Shown here: positions 14,301 through 27,610 of the stretch, piece after piece
How the letters are laid out: each line of letters begins with the position of its first letter
Position numbering within the stretch: the stretch's first letter is position 1
Source: Eledone cirrhosa
Lineage: Eukaryota
Assembly (NCBI GenBank): GCA_964016885.1
Contig: OZ024742.1
Span: forward strand, 358,422,001-358,486,000
Length of the DNA: 64,000 bases
Reading direction: 5' to 3'
Program-made: the position numbers and the translations under genes
Notes under the pieces: generated by a model
Told to the model about the DNA's origin: nothing
The model's input: only the letters and a program-made list of their open reading frames with translations
The model's database searches: none

Positions 14301-17300
14301 TTAGTTACCAACATGTCCCAAACTGGCTTTGGTTCTATGAAATAAAACTGTTGTATCCCTTTAGTTACCAACATGTCCAAAACTGGGTCTCGTTCTATGA
14401 AATAAAACTGTTGTATCCCTTTAGTTACCAAACCAGCTAAAAAAAGCTCTGGTTCTATGAAATAAAACTGTTTTATCCCTTTAGTTATCAACATGTCCAA
14501 AACTGGCTCTGGTTCTATGAAATAAAATTGTTTTATCCCCTTAGTTACCAACATATCCAAAACTGGCTCTGGTTCTATGAAATAAAACTGTTGTATCCCC
14601 TTAGTTATCAACATGTCCAAAACTGGTTTTGGTTCTATGAAATAAAACTGTTTTATCCCTTTAGTTATCGACCCGGCCAAAACTGGCTTTGGTTCTATGA
14701 AATAAAACAGTTGTATCCCTTTAGTTACCAACATGTCCAAAACTGGCTTTGGTTCTATGAAATAAAATTGTTTTATCCGTTTCAGTAACCAACATATTCA
14801 AAACTGGCTATGGTTCTATGTAATAAAACAGTTTTATCCCTTTCAGTTACCAACATGTCCAAAACTGGCTCTGGTTCTATGAAATAAAACTGTTCTATCC
14901 CCTTAGTTATCAACATGTCCAAAACTGGTTTTGGTTCTATAAAATAAAACTGTGTTATCCCTTTAATTATCGACCCGGCCAACATTGGCTTTGGTTCTAT
15001 GAAATAAAACTGTTTTATCCCTTTAGTTACCAACATTTCCAAAGCTGGTTTGGTTCTATGAAATGAAAATGTTTTATCCCTTTCAATTACCAACATATCC
15101 AAACTGGCTCTGGTTCTATGAAATAAAACTGTTTTATCTCTTTAGATATCAACATGTCCAAAACTGGCTCTGGTTCTATGAAATAAAACTGTTTTATCCC
15201 CTTAGTTACCAACATATCCAAAATTGGCTCTGGTTCTATGAAATAAAACTGATTTATCCCTTTAGTTACCAAACCAGCTAAAAAAGCTCTGGTTCTATGA
15301 AATAAAACTGTTTTAGACCTTTAGATATCAACACGGACAAAACCAGCTGTGATTCTATGAAATAAAACTGTTGCATCCGTATAGTTATCAACCCGGCCAA
15401 AACTGGCTTTCGTTTTATGAAATAAAACTATTTTATCACTTTAGTTACCAACATGTCTAAACCTGGCTTTGGTTCTATGAAATAAAACTGTTTTATCCCT
15501 TTAGTAACCAACATGACCAAAACTGGTTCTGGTTCTATGAAATAAAAATGTTTTATCCCATTTGTTACCAAACCAGCTAAAAAAAGCTCTGGTTCTGTGA
15601 AATAAAAATGTTTCAGCCCTTTAGTTATCAACCCGGCCAAAACCAGCTCTGATTCTATGAAATAAATCTGTTTCATCCCTTTATTTATCAACCCGGCCAA
15701 AACTGGCTTTGGTTCTATGAAATAAAACTGTTTTATCCCTTTAGTTACCAACATGTCCAAAACTGACTTTGGTTCTATGAAATAAAACTGTTTTATCCCT
15801 TTAGTATCAACATGTCCAAAACTGGCTCTGGTTCTATGAAATAAAACTTTTTTATCCCTTTAGTTATCGACCCGGCCAAAACTGGCTTTCGTTCTATGAA
15901 ATAAAACAGTTTTATCCCTTTCAGTTACCAACATGTTCAAAACTGGCTATGGTTCTATGTAATAAAACTGTTTTATCCCTTTCAGTTACCAACATGTCCA
16001 AAACTGTCTCTGGTTCTATGGAATAACTGTTGTATCCCTTTAGTTATCAACATGTCCAAAACTGGCTTTGGTTCTATGTAATAAAACTGTTTTATCTCTT
16101 TAGTTATCAACATGTCCAAAACTGGCTCTGGTTCTATGAAATAAAACTGTTTTATCCCCTTAGTTACCAACATATCCAAAACTGGTTTTAGTTCTATGAA
16201 ATAAAACTGTTTTAACCCTTTAGTTATCAACATGTCCAAAACTAGCTTTGGTTCTATGTAATAAAACTGTTTTAGCCATTTAGTTATCGACCCGGCCAAA
16301 ATTGGCTTTGGTTCTATGAAATAAAACTGTTTTATCCCTTTAGTTACCAACATGTCCAAAGCTGGCTTTGGTTCTATGAAATGAAAATGTCTTATCCCTT
16401 TCAATTACCAACATGTCCTCAACTGGCTGTGGTTCTATGTAATAAAACTGTTTTATCCCTTTAGTTACCAAACCAGCTAAAAAAAGCTCTGGTTCTACGA
16501 AATAAAACTGTTTTAGCCCTTTAGTTATCAACACGGCCAAAACCAGATTTGATTCTATGAAATAAAACTGTTTCATCCCTTTAGTTATCAACCCGGACAA
16601 AACTGGCTTTGGTTCTATGAAATAAAACTTTTTTATCCCTTTAGTTACCAACATGTCCAAAACTGGCTTTGGTTTTATGAAATAAAAATGCTTTATCCCT
16701 TCAGTTACCAACATGTCCAACACTGGCTTTGGTTCTATGAAATAAAACTGTTTTATCCCCTTAGTTACCAACATGTACAAAACTGGTTTTCGTTCTATGA
16801 AATAAACTGTTTTATCCCTTTAGTATCAACATGTCCAAAACTGGCTCTGGTTCTATGAAATAAAACTGTTTTTCCCTTTAGTTATCAACATGTCCAAAAC
16901 TTGTTTTGGTTCTATGAAATTAAACTGTTTTATCCCTTTAGTTATCGACCCGGCCAAAACTGGCTTTGGTTTTATGAAATAAAACAGTTGTATCCCTTTA
17001 GTTACCGACATGTCCAAACTGGCTTTGGTTCTATGAAATAAAATTGTTTTATCCCTTTCAGTTACCAACATGCCCTAAACTGGCTTTGGTTCTATGAAAT
17101 AAAACTGTTTTTCCCTTTAGTTATGAACGTGTCCAAAACTGTCTTTGGTTCTATGAAATAAATCTGTTTTATCCCTTTATTTACCAACAGGTCCAAAACT
17201 GGTTCTGGTTCTATGAAATAAAACTGTTTTATCCCTTTCAGTTACCAACATGTTCAAAACTGGCTATGGTGCTATGTATTATAACTGTTTTATCCCTTTC

Positions 17301-19026
17301 AGTTACCAACGTTTCCAAACCTGGCTCTGGTTCTATGGTATAACTGTTTTATCCCTTTAGTTATCAACATGTCCAAAACTGGCTTTGGTTCTATGTAATA
17401 ACACTTTTTTATCCCTTTAGTTATCAACCCGGCCAAAACTGGCTCTGGTTCTATGAAATATAACAGTTGTATTCCCTTAGTTACCAACATGTCCAAAAGT
17501 GGTTTTGGTTCTATGAAATAAAACTGTTTTATCCCTTTAGTTACCAACATGTCCTCAACTGGCTTTGGTTCTATGTAATAAAAATGTTTTAGCCCTTTAG
17601 TTATCAACACGGCCAAAACCAGGTCTGATTCTATGAAATAAAACTGTTTCATCCCTTTAGTTATCAACCCGGACAAAACTGGCTTTGGTTCTATGAAATA
17701 AAACTTTTTTATCCCTTTAGTTACCAACATGTCCAAAACTGGCTTTGGTTTTATGAAATAAATATGCTTTATCCCTTCAGTTACCAACATGTCCAAAACT
17801 GGCTTTGGTTCTATTAAATAAAACTGTTTTATCCCTTTCAGTTACCAACATGTCCAAAACTGGCTTTGGTTCTATGAAATAAAACTGTTTTATCTCTTTA
17901 GTTATCAACATATCCCAAATGGCTTTGGTTCAATGTAATAAAACTGTTTTATACCTTTAGTTACCAACATGTCCAAAACTGGCTTTGGTTCTATGTAATA
18001 AAACTGTTTTATCCCTTTCAGTTACAAACATGTCCAAAACTGTCTTTGGTTCTATGAAATAAAACTGTTTTATCACTTTAGTTACCAACATGTCCATAAC
18101 TTCTTTGGTTCTATGAAATAAAACTGTTGTAATCCTTTCAGTTACCATCATGTCCAAAACTGGCTTTGGTTCTATGAAATAAAACTGTTTTATCCATTTC
18201 AGTTACCAACATGTCCAAAACTAGCTTTGGTTCTATGTAATAAAACTATTTTATCCCTTTAGTTACAAACATGCCAAAACTGCTTTGGTTCTTTGAAATA
18301 AAACTGTTTTATCCCTTTAATTACCAAACCAGCTAAAAAAAGCTTTGGTTCTATGAAATAAAACTGTTTTAGCCATTTAGTTATCAACCCGGCCAAAACC
18401 AGCTCTGATTCTATGGGATAAAACTGTTTCATCCGTTTAGTTATCAACCAGGCCAAAACTGGCTTTAGTTCGATGAAATAAAACTGTTGTATCCCTTTAG
18501 TTACCAACATGTCCAAAACTGACTTTGTTTCTATGAAATAAAACAGTTGTATCCCCTTAGTTACCAACATGTACAAAACTGGTTTTCGTTCTATGAAATA
18601 AAACTGTTTTATCTCTTTAGTTATCAACATGTCCAAAACTGGCTCTGGTTCTATGAAATAAAACTGTTTTATCCCTTTAGTTATCAACATGTCCAAAACT
18701 GGCTCTGGTTCTATGAAATAAAATTGTTTTATCCCCTTAGTTACCAACATATCCAAATTTGGCTCTGATTCTATGAAATAAAGCTGTTTTATCCCCTTAT
18801 TTAGCAACATGTCCAAAACTGGCTTCGGTTCTATGAAATAAAACTGTTTTATCCCTTTAGTTACCAAACCAGCTAAACAAAGCTCTGGTTCTATGAAATA
18901 AAACTGTTTTAGCCATTTAGTTATCAACCCGGGTAAAACCAGCTCTGATTCCATGAAATAAAACTGTTTCATCCGTTTAGTTATCAACCAGGCCAAAACT
19001 GGCTTTAGTTCTATGAAATAAAACTA
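8400..19026. repeat. Dispersed higher-order duplication in the left domain: ~8400-11100 repeated at ~16080-19020
   Basis: The same diagnostic variants occur in the same order. ORF-track pairs are 8666/16340, 9119/16853, 9385/17299, 10044/17957 and 10346/18259 (offsets 7674-7914). Boundaries are approximate. Confidence 0.85.
11530..14860. repeat. Approximately three tandem copies of a 19-22-monomer higher-order unit
   Basis: The marker CTGGTTATATGAAATAAAACTGTTGTATTCC occurs at ~11571, ~12890 and ~14029 (spacings ~1319 and ~1139), each followed by the same variant series. Confidence 0.8.
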
Positions 19027-19089
19027 TTGGTTCTATGAAATAAAACTTTGGTTCTATGAAATAAAACTTTGGTTCTATGAAATAAAACT
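19005..19089. repeat. Mini-array of truncated monomers: 21-bp TTGGTTCTATGAAATAAAACT x3 plus one preceding near-copy
   Basis: Exact copies at 19027-19047, 19048-19068 and 19069-19089, preceded by TTAGTTCTATGAAATAAAACTA at 19005-19026. Confidence 0.95.
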
Positions 19090-22000
19090 ATTTTATTCCT
19101 TTAGTTATCAACATGTCCAAAACTGGATTTGGTTCTATGGAATAAATCTGTTTTATCCCTTTAGTTATCAACATGTCCAAAACTGGATTTGGTTCTATGA
19201 AATAAAACTGTTTTATCCCTTTAGTTATCAACATGTCCAAAACTGGCTTTGGTTCTATGAAATAAAACTATTTTATTCCTTTAGTTATCAACATGTCCAA
19301 AACTGGATTTGGTTCTATGAAATAAATCTGTTTTATCCCTTTAGTTATCAACATGTCCAAAACTGGATTTGGTTCTATGAAATAAAACTGTTTTATCCCT
19401 TTAGTTACCAACATGTCCAAAACTGGCTTTGGTTTATGAAATAAAAATGTTTTATCCCTTTAGTTATCAACATGTCCAAAACTGGTTCTGGTTCTATGAA
19501 ATAAATTGTTTTATCCCTTTAGTTACCAAACCAGCTAAAAAGAGCTCTGGTTCTATGGAATAAATCTGTTTTATCCCTTTAGTTATCAACATGTCCAAAA
19601 CTGGATTTGGTTCTATGAAATAAATCTGTTTTATCCCTTTAGTTATCAACATGTCCAAAACTGGCTTTGGTTCTATGAAATAAAACTGTTTTATCCCTTT
19701 AGTTACCAACATCTCCAAAACTGGCTTTGGTTATATGTAATACAACTGTTTTATCCCTTTCAGTTACCAACATGTCCAAAACTGGCTTTGGTTCTATGAA
19801 ATAAAACTGTTTTATCCATTTACTTATCAACATGTCCAAAATTGGCTTTGGTTCTATGAATTAAAACTGCTGTATCCCTTTAGTTACCAAAATGTCCAAA
19901 ACTGGTTCTGGTTCTATGAAATAGAATTGTTTTATTCCTTTAGCTACCAAACCGCTAAAAAAAGCTCTGGTTCTATGAAATAAATGTTTTAGCCCTTTAG
20001 TTATCAACCCAGCCAAAACCAGCTCTGGTTCTATGAAATAAAACTGTTTTATCCCTTTAATTATCAACCCGGCCAAAATTGATTCTGGTTCTATGGAATA
20101 AAACTGTTTTATCCGTTAGTTATCAACATGTCCAAAATTGGCTTTGGTTCTATGAAATAAAAATGTTTTAACCCTTTTGTTATCAACACGGCCAAAACCA
20201 GCTCTGGTTCTATGAAATAAAACTGTTGTGTCCCTTTCAGTTACCAACATGTCCAAAACTGGCTTTGGTTATATATAATAAAACTGTTTTATCCCTTTCA
20301 GTTAACAACATGTCCAAAACTGGCTTTGGTTCTATAAAATAAACTGTTTCATCCCTTTAGTTATCAACATGTCCAAAATTGGCTTTGGTTCTATGAAATA
20401 AAACTGTTTTATCCCTTTAGCTATAAACATATCCAAAACTGGCTTTGGTTCTATGTAATAAAACTGTTTTATCCCTTTAGTTATCAACCAGGCCAAAACT
20501 GGCTTTGGTTCTATGAAATAAAACTATTTTATCCCTTTATTTACCAATATGTCCAAAACTGGCTTTGGTTCTATGAAATAAAAATATTTTAGCCCTTTAG
20601 TTATCAACCCGGCCCAAACCAGCTCTGGTTCTATGAAATAAAACTGTTGTATACCTTTACTTATCAACCCGTCCAAAATTGGTTCTGGTTCTATGAAATA
20701 AAACTGTTTAATCCCTTTAGTTACCAACATGTCAAAAACTGGCTTTGGTTCTATGAAATAAAACTGTTTTATCACTTTAGTTACCAACATGTCCAAAACT
20801 GACTTTGGTTCTATGAAAGAAAACTGTTTTATCCCTTTCAGTTACCAACATGTCCAAAACTGACTTTGGTTCTATGAAATAAAAATGTTTTATCCCTTTA
20901 GTTATCAACATGTCCAAAACTGGTTCTGGTTCTATGTAATAAAATTGTTTTATCCCTTTAGTTACCAAACCAGCTAAAAAGAGCTCTGGTTCTATGAAAT
21001 AAAACTGTTTTATCCCTTCAATTATCAACCAGGCCAAAATTGGTTCTGGTTCTATGAAATAAAACTGTTTAATCCTTTTAGTTACCAACATCTCCAAAAC
21101 TGGCTTTGGTTCTATGAAATAAAACTGTTTTATCCCTTTCAGTTACCAACATGTCCAAAACTGGCTTTGGTTCTATGAAATAAAACTGTTTTATTCCTTT
21201 AGTTATCAACATGTCCAAAATTGGCTTTGGTTCTATGAAATAAAACTGTTTTATCCCTTTAGCTATAAACATGTCCAAAACTGGCTTTGGTCCTATGTAA
21301 TAAAACTGTTTTATCCCTTTAGTTATCAACCCGGCCAAAACTGTCTTTGGTTCTATGAAATAAAACTATTTTATCCCTTTATTTACCAACATGTCCAAAA
21401 CTGGCTTTGGTTCTATGAAATAAAACTGTTTTATCCCTTTAGTTACCAACAGGTCCAAAACTGGCTCTGGTTATATGTAATAAAACTGTTTTATCACTTT
21501 CAGTTACCAACATGTCCAAAACTGGCTTTGGTTCAATGAAATAAACCTGTCTTATCCCTTTCAGTTACCAACATGTCTAAAACTGGCTTTGGTTCTATGA
21601 AATAAAACTGTTTTATCCCTTTAGCTATAAACATGCCCAAAACTGGCTTTGGTTCTATGTAATAAAACTGTTTTATCCCTTTAGTTATCACCCCTCCCAA
21701 AACTGGCTTTTGTTCTATGAAATAAAACTATTTTATCCCTTTAGTTACCACCATGTCCAAAACTGGCTTTGGTTTTATGAAATGAAACTGTTTTATATCT
21801 TTACTTACCAACATGTCCAAAACTGGGTTTGGTTCTATGAAATAAAACTGTTTTATCCCTTTAGTTATCAACATGTCCAAAATTGGCTTTGGTTCTATGA
21901 AATAAAACTGTTTTATCCCTTTAGCTATAAACATATCCAAAACTGGCTTTGGTTCTATATAATAAAACTGTTTTATCCCTTTACTTATCAACCAGGCCAA

Positions 22001-25000
22001 AACTGGCTTTGGTTCTATGAAATAAAAATATTTTAGCCCTTTAGTTATCAACCCGGCCCAAACCAGTTCTGGTTCTATGAAATAAAACTGTTGTATACCT
22101 TTACTTATCAACCCTTCCAAAATTGGTTCTGGTTCTATGAAATAAAACTGTTTAATCCCTTTTGTTACCAACATGTCAAAAACTGGCTTTGGTTCTATGA
22201 AATAAAACTGTTTTATCCCTTTCAGTTACCAACATGTCCAAAACTGACTTTGGTTCTATGAAATAAAAATGTTTTATCCCTTTAGTTATCAACATGTCCA
22301 AAACTGGTTCTGGTTCTATGAAATAAAATTGTTTTATCCCTTTAGTTACCAAACCAGCTAAAAAGAGCTCTGGTTCTATGAAATAAAACTGTTTTATCCC
22401 TTCAATTATCAACCCGGCCAAATCCGGCTTTGGTTCTATGAAATAAAACTATTTTATCCCTTTATTTACCAACATGTCCAAAACTGGCTTTGGTTCTATG
22501 AAATAAAACTGTTTTATCCCTTTAGTTATCAACATGTCCAAAACTGATTTGGTTCCATGAAATAATACTGTTTTATCCCTTTATTTACCAACAGGTCCAA
22601 AACTGGCTCTGGTTCTATGTAATAAAACTGTTTTATCACTTTCAGTTACCAACATGTCCAAAACTGGCTTTGGTTCAATGAAATAAACCTGTCTTATCCC
22701 TTTCAGTTACCAACATGTCTAAAACTGGCTTTGGTTCTATGAAATAAAACTGTTTTATCCCTTTATCTATAAACATGTCCAAAACTGGCTTTGGTTCTAT
22801 GTAATAAAACTTTTTCATCCCTTTATTTATCACCCCTCCCAAAACTGGCTTTTGTTCTATGAAATAAAACTATTTTATCCCTTTAGTTACCACCATGTCC
22901 AAAACTGGCTTTGGTTTTATGAAATGAAACTGTTTTATATCTTTACTTACCAACATGTCCAAAACTGGGTTTGGTTCTATGAAATATAACTGTTTTATCC
23001 CTTTAGTTATCAACATGTCCAAAATTGGCTTTGGTTCTATGAAATAAAACTGTTTTATCCCTTTAGCTATAAACATGCCCAAAACTGGCTTTGGTTCTAT
23101 GTAATAAAACTGTTTTATCCCTTTAGTTATCACCCCTCCCAAAACTGGCTTTTGTTCTATGAAATAAAACTATTTTATCCCTTTAGTTACCACCATGTCC
23201 AAAACTGGCTTTGGTTTTATGAAATGAAACTGTTTTATATCTTTACTTACCAACATGTCCAAAACTGGGTTTGGTTCTATGAAATAAAACTGTTTTATCC
23301 CTTTAGTTATCAACATGTCCAAAATTGGCTTTGGTTCTATGAAATAAAACTGTTTTATCCCTTTAGCTATAAACATATCCAAAACTGGCTTTGGTTCTAT
23401 ATAATAAAACTGTTTTATCCCTTTAGTTATCAACCAGGCCAAAACTGGCTTTGGTTCTATGAAATAAAACTATTTTATCCTTTTATTTACCAATATGTCC
23501 AAAACTGGCTTTGGTTCTATGAAATAAAAATATTTTAGCCCTTTAGTTATCAACCCGGCCCAAACCAGCTCTGGTTCTATGAAATAAAACTGTTGTATAC
23601 CTTTACTTATCAACCCGTCCAAAATTGGTTCTGGTTCTATGAAATAAAACTGTTTAATCCCTTTTGTTACCAACATGTCAAAAACTGGCTTTGGTTCTAT
23701 GAAATAAAACTGTTTTATCCCTTTCAGTTACCAACATGTCCAAAACTGACTTTGGTTCTATGAAATAAAAATGTTTTATCCCTTTAGTTATCAACATGTC
23801 CAAAACTGGTTCTGGTTCTATGAAATAAAATTGTTTTATCCCTTTAGTTACCAAACCAGCTAAAAAGAGCTCTGGTTCTATGAAATAAAACTGTTTTATC
23901 CCTTCAATTATCAACCCGGCCAAAACCGGCTTTGGTTCTATGAAATAAAACTGTTTTATCCCTTTAGTTATCAACATGTCCAAAACTGATTTGGTTCCAT
24001 GAAATAATACTGTTTTATCCCTTTATTTACCAACAGGTCCAAAACTGGCTCTGGTTCTATGTAATAAAACTGTTTTATCACTTTCAGTTACCAACATGTC
24101 CAAAACTGGCTTTGGTTCAATGAAATAAACCTGTCTTATCCCTTTCAGTTACCAACATGTCTAAAACTGGCTTTGGTTCTATGAAATAAAACTGTTTTAT
24201 CCCTTTAGCTATAAACATGTCCAAAACTGGCTTTGGTTCTATGTAATAAAACTTTTTTATCCCTTTAGTTATCACCCCTCCCAAAACTGGCTTTTGTTCT
24301 ATGAAATAAAACTATTTTATCCCTTTAGTTACCACCATGTCCAAAACTGGCTTTGGTTTTATGAAATGAAACTGTTTTATATCTTTACTTACCACCATGT
24401 CCAAAACTGGGTTTGGTTCTATGAAATAAAACTGTTTTATCCCTTTAGTTATCAACATGTCCAAAATTGGCTTTGGTTCTATGAAATAAAACTGTTTTAT
24501 CCCTTTAGCTATAAACATGTCCAAAACTGGCTTTGGTTCTATGTAATAAAACTGTTTTAGCCCTTTAGTTATCAACACGGCCAAAACCAGCTCTGGTTCT
24601 ATGAAATAAAACTGTTGTATACCTTTAATTATCAACCCGTCCAAAATTGGTTCTGGTTCTATGAAATGAAACTGTTTAATCCCTTTAGTTACCAACATGT
24701 CCAAAACTGACTTTGGTTCTATGAAATAAAACTGTTTTATCCCTTTCAGTTACCAACATGTCCAAAACTGGCTCTGGTTCTATGAAATAAAACTGTTTTA
24801 TCCATTTAGTTACCAACATGTCCAAACCTGGCTTTGGTTCTATGAAATAAAAATGTTTTATCCCTTTAGTTATCAACATGTCCAAAACTGGTTCTGGTTC
24901 TATGAAATAAAATTGTTTTATCCCTTTAGTTACCAAACCAGCTAAAAAGAGCTCTGGTTCTATGAAATAAAACTGTTTTAGCCCTTTAGTTATCAACCAG

Positions 25001-26799
25001 GCCAAAACCAGCTCTGGTTCTATGAAATAAAACTGTTTTATCCATTCAATTATCAACCCGGCCAAAACTGGCTCTGGTTCTATGTAATAAAACTGTTTTA
25101 TCCCTTTCAGTTACCAACATGTCCAAAACTGGCTTTGGTTCTATGAAATAAAACTGTTTTATCCCTTTAGCTATAAACATGTCCAAAACTGGCTTTGGTC
25201 CTATGTAATAAAACTGTTTTATCCTTTAGTTATGAACCCGGCCAAAACTGGCTTTGGTTCTATGAAATAAAATTATTTTATCCCTTTAGTTACCAACATG
25301 TCCAAAATTGGGTTTGGTTCTATGAAATAAAACTGTTTTATCCCTTTAGCTATAAACATGTCCAAAATTGGCTTTGGTTCTATGAAATAAAACTGTTTTA
25401 TCCCTTTAGCTATAAACATGTCCAAAACTGGCTTTGGTTCTATGTAATAAAACTTTTTTATCCCTTTATTTACCAATATGTCCAAAACTGGCTTTGGTTC
25501 TATGAAATAAAACTATTTTATCCCTTTATTTACCAATATGTCCAAAACTGGCTTTGGTTCTATGAAATAAAAATATTTTAGCCCTTTAGTTATCAACACG
25601 GCCAAAACCAGCTCTGGTTCTATGAAATAAAACGGTTGTATACCTTTAATTATCAACCCGTACAAAATTGGTTCTGGTTCTATGAAATGAAACTGTTTAA
25701 TCCCTTTAGTTACCAACATGTCAAAAACTGGCTTTGGTTCTATGAAATAAAACTGTTTTATCCCTTTCAGTTACCAACATGTCCAAAACTGGCTTTGGTT
25801 ATATGTAATACATTTGTTTTATCCCTTTCAGTTACCAACATGTCCAAAACTGGCTTTGGTTCTATGAAATAAAACTGTTTTATCCCTTTAGTTACCAACA
25901 TGTCCAAAACTGGCTTTGGTTCTATGAAATAAAAATGTTTTATCCCTTTAGTTATCAACATGTCCAAAACTGGTTCTGGTTCTATGAAATAAAATTGTTT
26001 TATCCATTTAGTTACCAAACCAGCTAAAAAGAACTCTGGTTCTATGAAATAAAACTGTTTTAGCCCTTTAGTTATCAACCAGACCAAAACCAGCTCTGGT
26101 TCTATGAAATAAAACTGTTTTATCCCTTCAATTATCAACCCGGCCAAAATTGGTTCTGGTTCTATGAAATAAAACTGTTTAATCCTTTTAGTTATCAACA
26201 TGTCCAAAATTGGCTTTGGTTCTATGAAATAAAACTGTTTTATCCCTTTAGCTATAAACATGTCCAAAACTGGCTTTGGTCCTATGTAATAAAACTGTTT
26301 TATCCCTTTAGTTATCAACCCGGCCAAAACTGGCTTTGGTTCTATGAAATAAAACTATTTTATCCCTTTATTTACCAACATGTCCAAAACAGGCTTTGGT
26401 TCTATGAAATAAAACTGTTGTATCCCTTTAGTTACCAACATGTCCAAAACTGGTTCTGGTTCTATGAAATAAAACGGTTTTTTCCGTTTAGTTATCAACA
26501 TGTCCAAAACTGGCTTTGGTTCTATGAAATAATACTGTTTTATCCCTTAATTACCAACAGGTCCAAAACTGGCTCTGGTTCTATGTAATAAAACTGTTTT
26601 ATCACTTTCAATTACCAACATGTCCAAAACTGGCTTTGGTTCAATGAAATAAACCTGTCTTATCCCTTTCAGTTACCAACATGTCTAAAACTGGCTTTGG
26701 TTCTATGTAATAAAACTGTTTTATCCCTTTAGTTATCACCCCTCCCAAAACTGGCTTTTGTTCTATGAAATAAAACTATTTTATCCCTTTAGTTAACAC

Positions 26800-27610
26800 C
26801 ATGTCCAAAACTGGCTTTGGTTTTATGAAATGAAACTGTTTTATATCTTTACTTACCAACATGTCCAAAACTGGGTTTGGTTCTATGAAATAAAACTGTT
26901 TTATCACTTTAGTTACCAACATGTACAATACTGGCTTTGGTTCTATGAAATAAAACTGTTTTATCCCTTTAGTTACCACCGGGTCCAAAACTGGCTCTGG
27001 TTCTATGTAATAAAACTGTTTTATCCCTTTCAGTTACCAACATGTCCAAAACTGGCTTTGGTTCTATCAAATAAATCTGTTTTATCCCTTTAGTTTTCAA
27101 CATGTCCAAAACTGGCTTTGGTTTTATGAAATGAAACTGTTTTATATCTTTACTTACCAACATGTCCAAAACTGGGTTTGGTTCTATGAAATAAAACTGT
27201 TTTATCTCTTTAGTTACCAACATGTACAATACTGGCTTTGGTTCTATGAAATAAAACTGTTTTATCCCTTTAGTTACCACCGGGTCCAAAACTGGCTCTG
27301 GTTCTATGTAATAAAACTGTTTTATCCCTTTCAGTTACCAACATGTCCAAAACTGGCTTTGGTTCTATCAAATAAATCTGTTTTATCCCTTTAGTTTTCA
27401 ACATGTCCAAAACTGGCTTTGGTTTTATGAAATGAAACTGTTTTATATCTTTACTTACCAACATGTCCAAAACTGGGTTTGTTTCTATGAAATAAAACTG
27501 TTTTATCTCTTTAGTTACCAACATGTACAATACTGGCTTTGGTTCTATGAAATAAAACTGTTTTATCCCTTTAGTTACCACCGGGTCCAAAACTGGCTTT
27601 GGTTCTATGA
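26800..27610. repeat. 301-bp (5-monomer) higher-order repeat, about 2.7 copies
   Basis: The marker GTTACCACCGGGTCCAAAA occurs at ~26972, ~27273 and ~27574. ORF-track left coordinates 26969/27270/27571 are 301 apart. Confidence 0.9.
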
